From positions 1-64,000 of the forward strand of contig JBEKTZ010000013.1 of NCBI GenBank assembly GCA_049515535.1: a DNA stretch of 64,000 nucleotides, read 5' to 3'. Shown piece by piece: positions 1 through 9,283 of this stretch. Position 1 is the stretch's first letter. Every line of letters starts with the position of its first letter. The translations under genes and the position numbers were made by a program. This stretch comes from Candidatus Aminicenantales bacterium. GTDB lineage: Bacteria > Acidobacteriota > Aminicenantia > Aminicenantales > UBA4085. The notes beneath the pieces are model-generated. The model saw only the letters and a program-made list of their open reading frames with translations, was not told where the DNA came from and did not search any database.

Positions 1-993
1 CCCGCAGCCAGCGCTGCCGGAACTGCGCACAAGCTCTATGTCGACGTCATCGACGGAGTCAATAATTTGGTTGTCTTTGACCTCGGGGGTGCGAACGCGA
101 CGTTCTTCACCAATTATCTTGAATTTGTGGCCACCCTCACGGCCGTCAACAGCACGATCGACGTTAATCTGCAGAGAAAAGGCTTCACCCTTGCGCAGAT
201 CTATCATTCCGGCGCCGGCTCCGCCAACAACATGCTCACAACGCAAGACGCCACCCGGGATTATTGGACGGGAACCGCCGGCGGAGTCACGGCTACTGAT
301 TACTTCACGCACACCGTCACCGGCGATATGACCGGAATTTCCTACGCTAAGTTCTACGCCACAACGAAGACGCCGGGAGCCAGCTCAGTTCTCGTCAATG
401 TCCCCGCGACCACAGCCACCTTCGGCGTTGCGGGCTCGGCCGTGATTGTTGTGAATGGAACCACGGCCCTGAACAACAGAGTCCTCGCCGACGCTTGCGC
501 TTTCCTCCCCGACCCCCTCGGCAGAGGCTTCTATGGAAGATCTCTGTACGGCGCGACGACGGGCTGGACGTGGGATACGAACGGCACGGTTTTCCGGTCG
601 GTCTGGATGACCACGGCGACGGTGGACGGCAATTACTCCGCCTTCCGGTTTGCCAATCATGCCGCACTCGGAACGCCGGACGCACAGGTCTTTGCGGAGA
701 TCTGGCTGGATGATGGAACGCACACAGATGCCGCCCACCTTCTCATTCCGGTCGGAGTCATTCCGGCCATGGGGCATCTGAGCATTAGAGCCGATGAGGC
801 GGCCACCAATAACGGGCTCGCGCCCGCTACGACGATGGCCGCATCGGGCGCTTGGAAAGGCAGAGTGGTTTTCACTATCTGGTCTCCTGCGCCTACGACC
901 TTCGGGACAGAGCTGCAAATTATGAATGGCGGCTACACCGAAATCTCTCTCGAAAAACAGATGAATGCCGGCGTAGCCTGGTGGGAGAAGTAA
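1..993 (+). CDS. 3' part of a Thr/Ala/Gly-rich secreted protein, probable S-layer/major surface protein (5' end outside window)
   Basis: Frame is open from base 1 (PAASAAGTAHKLYVDVIDG...) to TAA at 991-993. Composition is T/A/G-rich and beta-strand-like. It is followed by a strong terminator and a glycosylation cluster. Confidence 0.5.
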   Translation, partial: PAASAAGTAHKLYVDVIDGVNNLVVFDLGGANATFFTNYLEFVATLTAVNSTIDVNLQRKGFTLAQIYHSGAGSANNMLTTQDATRDYWTGTAGGVTATDYFTHTVTGDMTGISYAKFYATTKTPGASSVLVNVPATTATFGVAGSAVIVVNGTTALNNRVLADACAFLPDPLGRGFYGRSLYGATTGWTWDTNGTVFRSVWMTTATVDGNYSAFRFANHAALGTPDAQVFAEIWLDDGTHTDAAHLLIPVGVIPAMGHLSIRADEAATNNGLAPATTMAASGAWKGRVVFTIWSPAPTTFGTELQIMNGGYTEISLEKQMNAGVAWWEK

Positions 994-1033
994 TCCACGA
1001 GCAGCTGAACAAGATCGAACACAACACCTGATG

Positions 1034-1074
1034 AATCGGGAAGGGTCCAGGAGGACCCTTCCCGATTTCTTTCT
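1034..1074 (+). terminator. Intrinsic terminator
   Basis: Perfect 15-bp stem AATCGGGAAGGGTCC-AGGA-GGACCCTTCCCGATT followed by TCTTTCT, 40 nt after the stop. Confidence 0.85.
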
Positions 1075-1163
1075 CAGTAAGCCGGCGGCAGAAAGCTTTT
1101 ACGTATTGCCGCGGCGCTCAAGCAAGAGAGTCTAAAATTTTTTTTCCATTTTCCTAACCTAAG

Positions 1164-3362
1164 ATGACTAAAAACCAAAAGCTCTTTTTTTTATCCGGCC
1201 TCGTTTTTATCATCCTCATCTACGCGAACGGCGTCCGCGCTCCCTTTTATTTTGACGACATCGAAGTCGTCAACGATTCGCTGAAAGTGGACAGCCTTTC
1301 GCCGAAGAACATCGCTCACGCCTTGCGCGTTTCCAACGTCAATCACCGGCCGGTCGCCGTGTTTTCCCTGCTCGTGGATTATCATGTCTCCAAAGCGGCG
1401 AAGACCGGTCTCTTTCATATCGTCAACATCGCCATCCACCTCCTCGGTTTCGCCTTCATCTTTTTGTTTCTCCGGACTCTATTAGGGCTGCCGTCCGTTC
1501 CCCAAAAATATAAAGATCGGACTTTTCCTCTGGCCTTTATTGCGGCTTTCCTTTGGGCCGTCCATCCCCTCCAGACGCAAGCCGTGACGTATGTCGTTCA
1601 GCGGATGACCTCGCTCTGCACGCTCTTTTATTTCATGTCGCTCTATTTTTATCTTAAAGCCAGGAAACAAAAGAACGTCTGGCTTTATGCGGGGAGCGGC
1701 GCGGCCTTTCTCTTGGCCCTCGGTTCCAAAGAGATTGCTGTGACCTTGCCTGTCGCCATCATTCTGATCGAAGGACTTTTCTTCCGGCCGAACAAGAAAA
1801 AGTTCACGGCCGTTCTTCTCCTCGCGGTTATCATCATCGCGAGCGTCGGCTATGTTTTTTTCGGAAATTATGCGAAGGGCACGATCCAAAGCCTTAAAAA
1901 CAATAAATACCAGAATAGAGAATTTCTCATTTCCGAACGGCTCCTCACCGAGCCGCGCGTCTTCGTCCATTATATCTCCCTCGTCCTTTTTCCTTTTTAT
2001 ACGCGGTATATCTTGGATTATGATTTTCCTCCGTCCCATTCTCTCTTCGATCCGCTGTCGACATTCTTCAGCCTGCTTTTTCTTTTAACGACCGTGGCCG
2101 TCGCGATCTTTCTCGCAAAGAAAAACAACGTTCTCTCCTTCGCTATCCTGGGCTTCTGGCTCGGCCACGCCGTCGAAGGTTCCTTTCTTAACCTCGAGCT
2201 CGCCTTCGAGCACCGGATGTATCTGCCCTCGGTGTTTTTCATATTTATTGCGGTTATCCTCGGCGCGGATCTTTTCGAAAAAGTCAAAGTCCCCCGACGG
2301 GCCGTCACGGTTTTCCTCGGCGTCCTCGTCGTTTATTTGGGAATCAATACGATTCTCCGGAACGAGATGTGGGCCGATCCGATCCGATTTCTAAGCCACA
2401 ACGCGGCTAAAACGCCGAAAAATTTCCGCCCGCTTCATAATCTGGGTGTCACATACGGCATGCGCGGTGAATACGAGACGGCCTTGCTCTATTTTCAAAA
2501 AGCCCTATCCCTGTACGACAAAGCCCCGATCGTCTATTCGGGGATCGGCCAGAGTTATTTCGCCTTAAAAAATTATGAGGCGGCTATCCCTTATTATCAA
2601 AAAACGTTGGCCATGGGGTTGGCCTATCCCGACGTCTACGCCAATCTGAGCATCAGTCTTCTCCGGCTGAAGAAATTCGACGCCGCCGTCGAAATCGCCG
2701 CCCAAGGCTTGGCGAAACATCCGGATGATCCAAAAACCGAACTTACCGTCGGGAGCGTTTATTATTTCACCGTGCAGGAAATGGGTCCCAAGGGCGGCGA
2801 GCTGCTCAAAAAATACGGGTTCGATGAAGACCGGGCCTTTGCCCTGCTCGACGCCGCGTATACCGGCGGGAATCGGGATGTCGATGTTTATGTTAATTTG
2901 CCCCCGGCCTGCGTCAAGGCGGCCTTAAAAGAGAGCTCCCCGGAGCGCCGAACGTCCTGGCTGACGAAGGCGGAGCGCATCGCCGTCGAAGGAACGAGAG
3001 CGTTTCCTCAAGATCCCGACATCCGGAACAATCTCATCGGCATCTATCTCATGACGGGGCGATGGAAAATGGCCGCCGATCTCCCCGACGCCTCCCCGGA
3101 TGACCTCAATAAGCTTTCCGTCTATCTTATTAACGTTGGCAAATTCCAAGAATCCCTGGGCGTTTTAAAAAAGGCCGAGGAGAAATTCGGTCCGGACCAA
3201 GTGATCGAATTCAACAGGGCGGTTTGCTATTATCAGACCGGTAGGGAGCCGGAAGCGGTGGTCACTTTCAAAAAAATCATGGCCAATACGTCTTCATCGT
3301 CCATTAAGTTCCAGGCCAATTATTTCATCCATGATTGGGAAGTCGTCCATGGTCGAAAATAA
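1164..3362 (+). CDS. TMTC-like GT-C membrane glycosyltransferase with C-terminal TPRs (putative protein O-glycosyltransferase)
   Basis: FYFDD luminal motif, RPV, HPLQTQAVTYVVQR, SKE and EHRMYLPS motifs, many TM segments, then TPR repeats. Confidence 0.8.
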   Translation: MTKNQKLFFLSGLVFIILIYANGVRAPFYFDDIEVVNDSLKVDSLSPKNIAHALRVSNVNHRPVAVFSLLVDYHVSKAAKTGLFHIVNIAIHLLGFAFIFLFLRTLLGLPSVPQKYKDRTFPLAFIAAFLWAVHPLQTQAVTYVVQRMTSLCTLFYFMSLYFYLKARKQKNVWLYAGSGAAFLLALGSKEIAVTLPVAIILIEGLFFRPNKKKFTAVLLLAVIIIASVGYVFFGNYAKGTIQSLKNNKYQNREFLISERLLTEPRVFVHYISLVLFPFYTRYILDYDFPPSHSLFDPLSTFFSLLFLLTTVAVAIFLAKKNNVLSFAILGFWLGHAVEGSFLNLELAFEHRMYLPSVFFIFIAVILGADLFEKVKVPRRAVTVFLGVLVVYLGINTILRNEMWADPIRFLSHNAAKTPKNFRPLHNLGVTYGMRGEYETALLYFQKALSLYDKAPIVYSGIGQSYFALKNYEAAIPYYQKTLAMGLAYPDVYANLSISLLRLKKFDAAVEIAAQGLAKHPDDPKTELTVGSVYYFTVQEMGPKGGELLKKYGFDEDRAFALLDAAYTGGNRDVDVYVNLPPACVKAALKESSPERRTSWLTKAERIAVEGTRAFPQDPDIRNNLIGIYLMTGRWKMAADLPDASPDDLNKLSVYLINVGKFQESLGVLKKAEEKFGPDQVIEFNRAVCYYQTGREPEAVVTFKKIMANTSSSSIKFQANYFIHDWEVVHGRK

Positions 3363-4341
3363 AACCCTGGGCGTCGTCGTCCCCGCCTATAACGAAGAGC
3401 TGCTCATCGGCGAAGTCCTGAGGACAATGCCCGATTACGTCGACAAGATCGTCGTGGTCGATGACCAAAGCAAGGACGGGACTCGACAAATCGTCCGGCA
3501 GCATATGGAAAAAGACCGGAGGATCCTTCTCCTCGAGCAGAAGAAAAACGCCGGAGTGGGAGCCGCCATCGTCGCCGGATATAAAAAATGCGTGGAGCTG
3601 AATCTGGATATGGCCGCGGTCATGGCCGGAGATCATCAAATGGATCCAGCCGAGCTGCCCAAGCTCCTTCGCCCGATCCTCGACGATCGCGCCGACTATG
3701 TCAAGGGCAACCGGCTGATCACGGGCGAAGCCTGGAAAATCATCCCCCGGGCAAGATATTTAGGGAACGCCTCCTTGTCTCTTTTAACGAAAATCGCCTC
3801 GGGCTACTGGCAGATCGCGGATTTTCAATGCGGGTACAGCGTCATCACCGGGGACGCTCTCCGCATTCTCGAGTTGGACAGGCTCTATCCCCGCTACGGC
3901 TATCCCAACCATCTCGTCGTCATGCTGAATATCTTCAACCTCCGGGTCAAAGACGTCCCCGTCCGGCCGATTTACAATATTGGCGAAAAATCCGGGATCA
4001 AGTTCCGGAAAGTCATTCCAAAGATCAGCTGGCTGCTCCTGAAGTGCTTTTTTTGGAGGCTCAAGGAAAAATACGTCATCCGCGACTTTCATCCCCTCCT
4101 CTTCTTCTACCTGTTCGGCTTTTTTCTCCTGCCGCTCGGAATGCTGTATGGGTTCTTCATCTTTTTCACCCGGGTCTTGCTCCGGGATATCGTCGCCCCG
4201 TCGAAATTCGTGAATTTCGCCATGACCTTGAGCACGCCCTTCGGGATGCTGATCGATATCATTCTCATCCTGGCCGGCCTCCAGTTCCTGCTGTTCGCGA
4301 TGTGGATCGACATGGAGTACAACCGGAATTTGAATTCGTGA
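3349..4341 (+). CDS. GT2 glycosyltransferase (DPM1/polyprenol-phosphate glycosyltransferase-like, two C-terminal TMs)
   Basis: VVPAYNEE, VVDDQSKD, AGDHQMDP motifs. Start set at MVENK, overlapping the upstream gene. Confidence 0.85.
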   Translation: MVENKTLGVVVPAYNEELLIGEVLRTMPDYVDKIVVVDDQSKDGTRQIVRQHMEKDRRILLLEQKKNAGVGAAIVAGYKKCVELNLDMAAVMAGDHQMDPAELPKLLRPILDDRADYVKGNRLITGEAWKIIPRARYLGNASLSLLTKIASGYWQIADFQCGYSVITGDALRILELDRLYPRYGYPNHLVVMLNIFNLRVKDVPVRPIYNIGEKSGIKFRKVIPKISWLLLKCFFWRLKEKYVIRDFHPLLFFYLFGFFLLPLGMLYGFFIFFTRVLLRDIVAPSKFVNFAMTLSTPFGMLIDIILILAGLQFLLFAMWIDMEYNRNLNS

Positions 4342-5495
4342 AAGTTCTCTTTCTGACCACGTCGTTCCCCCGCGCTCCCGGCGATTACGCCGGCGTTTTC
4401 GTCTACCATTTGGCCGAGCACCTGGGCCGGCGCGGATGCCGGATTTCCGTCGTCACGCCCAACGACGGGCGGCAAAGAAGGGACGAGGTCCGGAACGGGA
4501 TCGAGATTCACCGCTTTCCATTTTTTTTAAATAAAAAAAGGAGCTTTCTCTTCGAGGGAGGAGGGATACCGGCGCATCTTCGCCGGAATAAATTCCTTCT
4601 TCTTCTGATGCCCTTTTTCCTGGCGGCGTTCCTTAAGGCGGCGCTCCGTGAAGCGAAGCGGGCCGACCTCGTCCATTGTCAGTGGCTCCCTCTCGGCCTC
4701 CTCGGCCTGATCGTCAGGCGCGTCCGGAACAAGGCTTTCGTCGTCACCGTCCGGGGAAGCGACAAGACGTTTTTCCGACGGCCGCTGCGTTTTCTCCTTC
4801 GGGCAATCCTCCGGGATGCGGGCGCCGTCGTCTTTGTCGGCCAGGAACTCATGGCCGGCCTTCCAGCCAACGCGAAATTTTTTGTCATCCCGAACGGCGT
4901 GGACGTCGGCGTAAAGAAACATTATCCTCTGAATGTCCCGGGCAAGATCATCCTCTATGTCGGAAATTTATCCCGGAACAAATCCGTTGAAACTCTGGTC
5001 CAGGCCGCGGCGTTAATGAGAGACGAGATGGATTTCTCCGTTGTGATCGTCGGCGACGGCCCGGAACGGGGACGCTTGGTGTCTCTCGTCAAAGAGAACC
5101 GGCTCGACGGCCGGGTGCTGTTCTTGAAGATTCTGGCCCAGGAAGAGATCTTCTATCTCATGGACAAAAGCACGATTCTGGTCATGCCAAGCCTCAGCGA
5201 AGGGCGGTCGAACGTCCTCCTGGAGGCTTTGGCCTCCGGGTTGCCGGTCGTCGCCTCGAGAATCGCCGAGAATGAGGAACTCATCCACGACGAACAAACG
5301 GGATTGCTCTTTGAACCTCAAAACAGCAGGGATTTGCGGGATAAAATCAGCCGCTTGCTGACGGATCCGGCCTTGAGAGAAACCATGTCGAGAAATGAAA
5401 AGCGCTTTATCCGAGATAGCGGGCTGACTTGGGAAGCCACGGCCCAAGCTTACCTCAACCTCTATCACGACACGCTGCTCAAGGAGGCGTCATGA
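4338..5495 (+). CDS. GT4 glycosyltransferase
   Basis: GTG start overlaps the upstream stop (GTGA). KVLFLTTSFPR N-terminus, EGRSNVLLEALASGLPVV motif. Confidence 0.85.
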   Translation: MKVLFLTTSFPRAPGDYAGVFVYHLAEHLGRRGCRISVVTPNDGRQRRDEVRNGIEIHRFPFFLNKKRSFLFEGGGIPAHLRRNKFLLLLMPFFLAAFLKAALREAKRADLVHCQWLPLGLLGLIVRRVRNKAFVVTVRGSDKTFFRRPLRFLLRAILRDAGAVVFVGQELMAGLPANAKFFVIPNGVDVGVKKHYPLNVPGKIILYVGNLSRNKSVETLVQAAALMRDEMDFSVVIVGDGPERGRLVSLVKENRLDGRVLFLKILAQEEIFYLMDKSTILVMPSLSEGRSNVLLEALASGLPVVASRIAENEELIHDEQTGLLFEPQNSRDLRDKISRLLTDPALRETMSRNEKRFIRDSGLTWEATAQAYLNLYHDTLLKEAS

Positions 5496-6553
5496 ATCTC
5501 AAAAAAAAGCTTATCATCGAGATTCCGCTCGTCATTTTTATCCTCGCCGCGGGGTTCTTTATTCTTCGAACGATCTCCGCCCGCTCCATGTTTCCGTTTA
5601 AAGAGCAGCCGGACGTGACGGAAATGACCAAATTTCTCCTCGCTGAGAAGGATCCGGCGAAACAGATCGCCTATCTCAAACAATTCGTCAAGGACCATCT
5701 CAACGTCACGGAAGTTCAGCGGGCTTATCAGGATATCATGCTCCAGTTTGGCCGGGGCGAGGAAATCGCCAAAGAATACCGCGAATACCTAATAAGAAAT
5801 CCCGAAGATCCGATGTTCAATTATCTCTTCGGAAGGCTTGCCGTCGGCAGCGCCGCCGAAGGGTGCTATAAAAAATCGCTGGAGACCGACGAAAACTATT
5901 ACTGGGGGCATCTTGGCCTGGCTTATTATTATTTCAACGATGCGGCTCCAAGGAAGGCCGACCTGGCCAAAGACCACTTGGCCAAAGCCCTCAAAATCGA
6001 CAAATCCAAGCCGCATGCCTACTTTAGCCTATTAACCATCTACCGAGCGGAAAAGAATAAAACAAAAGCGCTTGAGATGCTGGAGATTTTGACCAAATTC
6101 TTCCCGGATAGGGATTATCTGTTCCTCGAATACGCCGATTTGAAGTTCCCGGATAAGCTGGAACACAAGAAAGCTTTGGAAAAGAAGCTCATGAAAATCC
6201 CCCATAGCTCGTTGATCGAAAAGGCCCTGGCGGATTTAGCCCTGGCCGAAGGGCAGTGGGATGAGGCTCAGCGGTATCTGGAATCAACCTTGAAAGATGA
6301 AAAATTTGATCATCAGCTATGGATGATCGCTCATTATCAGCTCGCTGAAATTTTTGGGAAAAAAAAAGATTCGGCCCAAACCCTGGCCCATTTAAAGGAC
6401 GCTGTAAAAAACGGCTGGCAGGAATATGCCGGGACCCGAGACAACCCCAATTTCTCCTTTCTCCGGGACAACGCGGAATTCAAAAGCCTGCTCAAAGGCA
6501 TAGAGCCCAAAAAAACCGAGCCTTCAAAGACGGCCCCGGTGGAGAAAATATAA
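5492..6553 (+). CDS. Membrane-anchored TPR protein
   Basis: AAGGAGG RBS and ATGA overlap. N-terminal TM, helical TPR-like repeats, C-terminal 'LKDAVKNGW...DNPNFSFLRDNAEF' TPR cap. Confidence 0.7.
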   Translation: MNLKKKLIIEIPLVIFILAAGFFILRTISARSMFPFKEQPDVTEMTKFLLAEKDPAKQIAYLKQFVKDHLNVTEVQRAYQDIMLQFGRGEEIAKEYREYLIRNPEDPMFNYLFGRLAVGSAAEGCYKKSLETDENYYWGHLGLAYYYFNDAAPRKADLAKDHLAKALKIDKSKPHAYFSLLTIYRAEKNKTKALEMLEILTKFFPDRDYLFLEYADLKFPDKLEHKKALEKKLMKIPHSSLIEKALADLALAEGQWDEAQRYLESTLKDEKFDHQLWMIAHYQLAEIFGKKKDSAQTLAHLKDAVKNGWQEYAGTRDNPNFSFLRDNAEFKSLLKGIEPKKTEPSKTAPVEKI

Positions 6554-6586
6554 GCTTCGGAAGCTGACCGGGGTTTATAAGCATCC

Positions 6587-8458
6587 ATGTGCGGAATCTG
6601 TGGAATTCTCAATCTGTCCGATCGACCGGTCGATTCCCCTCTTCTGGAGCGGATGGCGTCCTCTCTGACTCACCGAGGTCCCGATGATGCCGGCTACTAT
6701 GTCCATGACCGGATCGGCCTCGGCCATCGCCGGCTGAACATCATCGACCTGGACACCGGGCACCAGCCGCTCTTCAATGAAAACGGGCGATACGTCCTCA
6801 TATTCAACGGAGAGATCTACAATTATCTCGAGCTCCGGCGGGGCCTGGCCGAGCGCGGCCACGTGTTTTCGACGAAAACGGACACGGAGGTCATCCTTCA
6901 TCTTTACGAAGAAAAACAAGAACGCTGCCTGGAGGACCTCCGGGGGATGTTTTCCTTCGCCCTCTGGGACGATGAGAAAAAAGAGCTCTTCTTCGCCCGC
7001 GACCGGCTGGGGAAAAAGCCGTTCTTCTATTATATGGACGGCGAGCGATTCCTCTTCGCCTCGGAAATCAAGGCCATCCTCAAGAACGAGATTTCCCTCG
7101 ACCTCGACCCGGACGCCGTCTTTGATTTTTTCAAGTATCAATTCATCCCCTCTCCCCGGACCATTTTCCGGAAGATCCGAAAACTCCCCCCCGGGCATTT
7201 CGGCAAAGTCTCGAAAAACTCGTTCGTCCTCAAGAGGTATTGGGATATTCCGGTCAGGGAAGACGGCTTCCAGGGAAGGTCTTTAGCCTCCCTGGAGGAC
7301 GAGCTTGACTCCCTTTTATCTGAAGCCACGAAAATCCGGTTGATCAGCGACGTGCCCTTGGGGGCGTTTTTAAGCGGAGGGCTGGATTCCAGCCTGGTCG
7401 TGGCTTTGATGAAAAAATATTCGAACGCGCCGGTCAAAACGTTTGCCATCGGATTCAAGGAAAAGTCCTATGACGAGAGCGGGTTCGCGGCGCGCGCCGC
7501 CCAGGCGATTCAAACCGACCACAAAAAATTCGATGTTGAATATCGAATCTTGGACATCCTCGAATCCCTCGTTGCGCATTTTGACGAGCCGTTCGGAGAT
7601 TCCTCGGCCATCCCGACGTATTATCTTTCCCAATTCACCAGAGAGAATGTGACCGTGGCCTTGTCGGGTGATGGTGGAGACGAGCTCTTCGGCGGCTACC
7701 GGAGATATATCGCTCATAAGCTCGGCCGGTTTTTCACCCGAATCCCGTCTGGAATCCGCAAATTCGCCTTCGAGAATCCGGTCAAAAAATTGCCCGTCCG
7801 CTCCGGTTACTACGGCAAAAGCCTCACCAAGAAGCTGAAATTGTTCGCTAACGCCAGCCATAGAATCGAGTCGGGACGCTTTTATCTGCCCCAGATTTTT
7901 GAAGAACCTGAGGTGAGAAGCGTTTTTGGGGACCGGCGCCTTCGCCTCCGGACTCACGCTTATGACGATCTCATGTATGCCGAGTTTCGGAAGGTCGATC
8001 GTTTTGACGATTTGACCAAGCTCATGTGGTTCGACCTCCATTACTATCTCCCCGACGATATTTTAGTCAAGGTCGATCGGATGAGCATGCGCCATTCGCT
8101 TGAGGTCCGGGCGCCGTATTTAGACCAGCGCGTCGTCGAATATGCGTTCAACCTTCCCCTGGAATTCAAAATCCATCGCTTGACCGGAAAATATATCCTT
8201 AAGAAAATCGCCCGGAACTATCTCCCCCGGGACATCGTGGCCAGGAAAAAACAGGGCTTCATGGTTCCCCTCGATGCCTGGTTCAAGGCGGAGCTCATTC
8301 CGCTGTTTACCGAAAAGGTTCTGAATAACGAAATGTTTGAGCGCGCCGTCGTCGAGAGGATCTTCCGGGACCACATGTCCGGCCGGGACGATTATTCCGT
8401 CAAAATGTGGCTCCTGCTGTCCTTTGCTATTTTTATGGATACTCAAAAGACATCGTAG
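6587..8458 (+). CDS. asnB: Asparagine synthase (glutamine-hydrolysing) family amidotransferase, probably glycan-modifying
   Basis: MCGICG N-terminal nucleophile, HRGPD, FNGEIYN, LSGGLDSS, SGDGGDELFGGY. Confidence 0.92.
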   Translation: MCGICGILNLSDRPVDSPLLERMASSLTHRGPDDAGYYVHDRIGLGHRRLNIIDLDTGHQPLFNENGRYVLIFNGEIYNYLELRRGLAERGHVFSTKTDTEVILHLYEEKQERCLEDLRGMFSFALWDDEKKELFFARDRLGKKPFFYYMDGERFLFASEIKAILKNEISLDLDPDAVFDFFKYQFIPSPRTIFRKIRKLPPGHFGKVSKNSFVLKRYWDIPVREDGFQGRSLASLEDELDSLLSEATKIRLISDVPLGAFLSGGLDSSLVVALMKKYSNAPVKTFAIGFKEKSYDESGFAARAAQAIQTDHKKFDVEYRILDILESLVAHFDEPFGDSSAIPTYYLSQFTRENVTVALSGDGGDELFGGYRRYIAHKLGRFFTRIPSGIRKFAFENPVKKLPVRSGYYGKSLTKKLKLFANASHRIESGRFYLPQIFEEPEVRSVFGDRRLRLRTHAYDDLMYAEFRKVDRFDDLTKLMWFDLHYYLPDDILVKVDRMSMRHSLEVRAPYLDQRVVEYAFNLPLEFKIHRLTGKYILKKIARNYLPRDIVARKKQGFMVPLDAWFKAELIPLFTEKVLNNEMFERAVVERIFRDHMSGRDDYSVKMWLLLSFAIFMDTQKTS

Positions 8459-8491
8459 CGCTTGGAAGATAGGAAAGGCAAGGAGGGCGGC

Positions 8492-9034
8492 TCATTTAAG
8501 CCGGCGGGTCGAAAAGCAAAGGCAGCCTTCGTCGTCAATGTATTGATAGATCGTGACCCGGGTCCGGATGATCGAATTTTCGTAAGCTGCCGCGATCGAT
8601 TTGATATAGTCTTTCGTCTCCGGATAGGGAGGAACGCCGTTGAATTTTTTCACGGCTTCCTGGCCGGCGTTATAAGCGGCCAGAACATAATCCCGCCGTC
8701 CCTCATAAAGGCGGACCAAGTCTTTCAGATATTTCGCTCCGCCTTCTAAATTATCCTGAGGATCAAAGACATCTTTCACGCCGTAGAGCTGAGCCGTCTC
8801 CGGCATAAGCTGCATCAAACCCGCCGCTCCTTTGGAGGAGACGGCGCGGCTGTCGTAAGCGGATTCAGTTCGAATGATCGCATGGATCAAGGTGGCGGGA
8901 AGATCGTGCCGGGCGGCGGTCTTGTCGATGAGCGCATTCAAGGATTCCCGCGATAGGGCAGCCCCCCAACCGGCGTTCTGTCCAAGAAGGAGCAGAAAAA
9001 GCGGCGCCAGAAGTGTTTTCACCGTTCGCTTCAT
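8492..9034 (-). CDS. Lytic transglycosylase (SLT domain) with signal peptide
   Basis: IRTESAY, GAAGLMQLMP, LAAYNAG motifs. Start is uncertain among several Met codons at 9034-9058; MKRTVKTLLAP looks like a signal peptide. Confidence 0.88.
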   Translation of the reverse strand: MKRTVKTLLAPLFLLLLGQNAGWGAALSRESLNALIDKTAARHDLPATLIHAIIRTESAYDSRAVSSKGAAGLMQLMPETAQLYGVKDVFDPQDNLEGGAKYLKDLVRLYEGRRDYVLAAYNAGQEAVKKFNGVPPYPETKDYIKSIAAAYENSIIRTRVTIYQYIDDEGCLCFSTRRLK

Positions 9035-9180
9035 GCTCATATTCATGCCGCTCATCATAATGCCAAAAAAACGCTGACTTTTCAAGAGGCAAAAGCTTTT
9101 GCCCGTTGAGCGCGCTCTGAAGGAGAAAAAGGGGACGGTCCTCTTATTATCAGATTGAAAGAAAAACAAGATGATAAAGT

Positions 9181-9208
9181 TTGACAAAGTTCGGCTTTGT
9201 TCTAAAAT
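9181..9208 (+). promoter_or_regulatory. Sigma70-type promoter for the 9284 operon
   Basis: TTGACA-16 nt-TAAAAT, 75 nt upstream of the ATG. Confidence 0.6.
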
Positions 9209-9283
9209 GAAAATCTTGTTTACTATTCGCCTTCGCCGCGGTTTTCCTGAGATGGTTTCGCGCGGAACAGCTTAGTAACTAAA

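Noticed and set aside
3588..4337. N-terminal 250 aa of the 635-aa ORF
   Set aside because: Off-frame overlap with the GT2 gene. The GT4 begins at GTG 4338.
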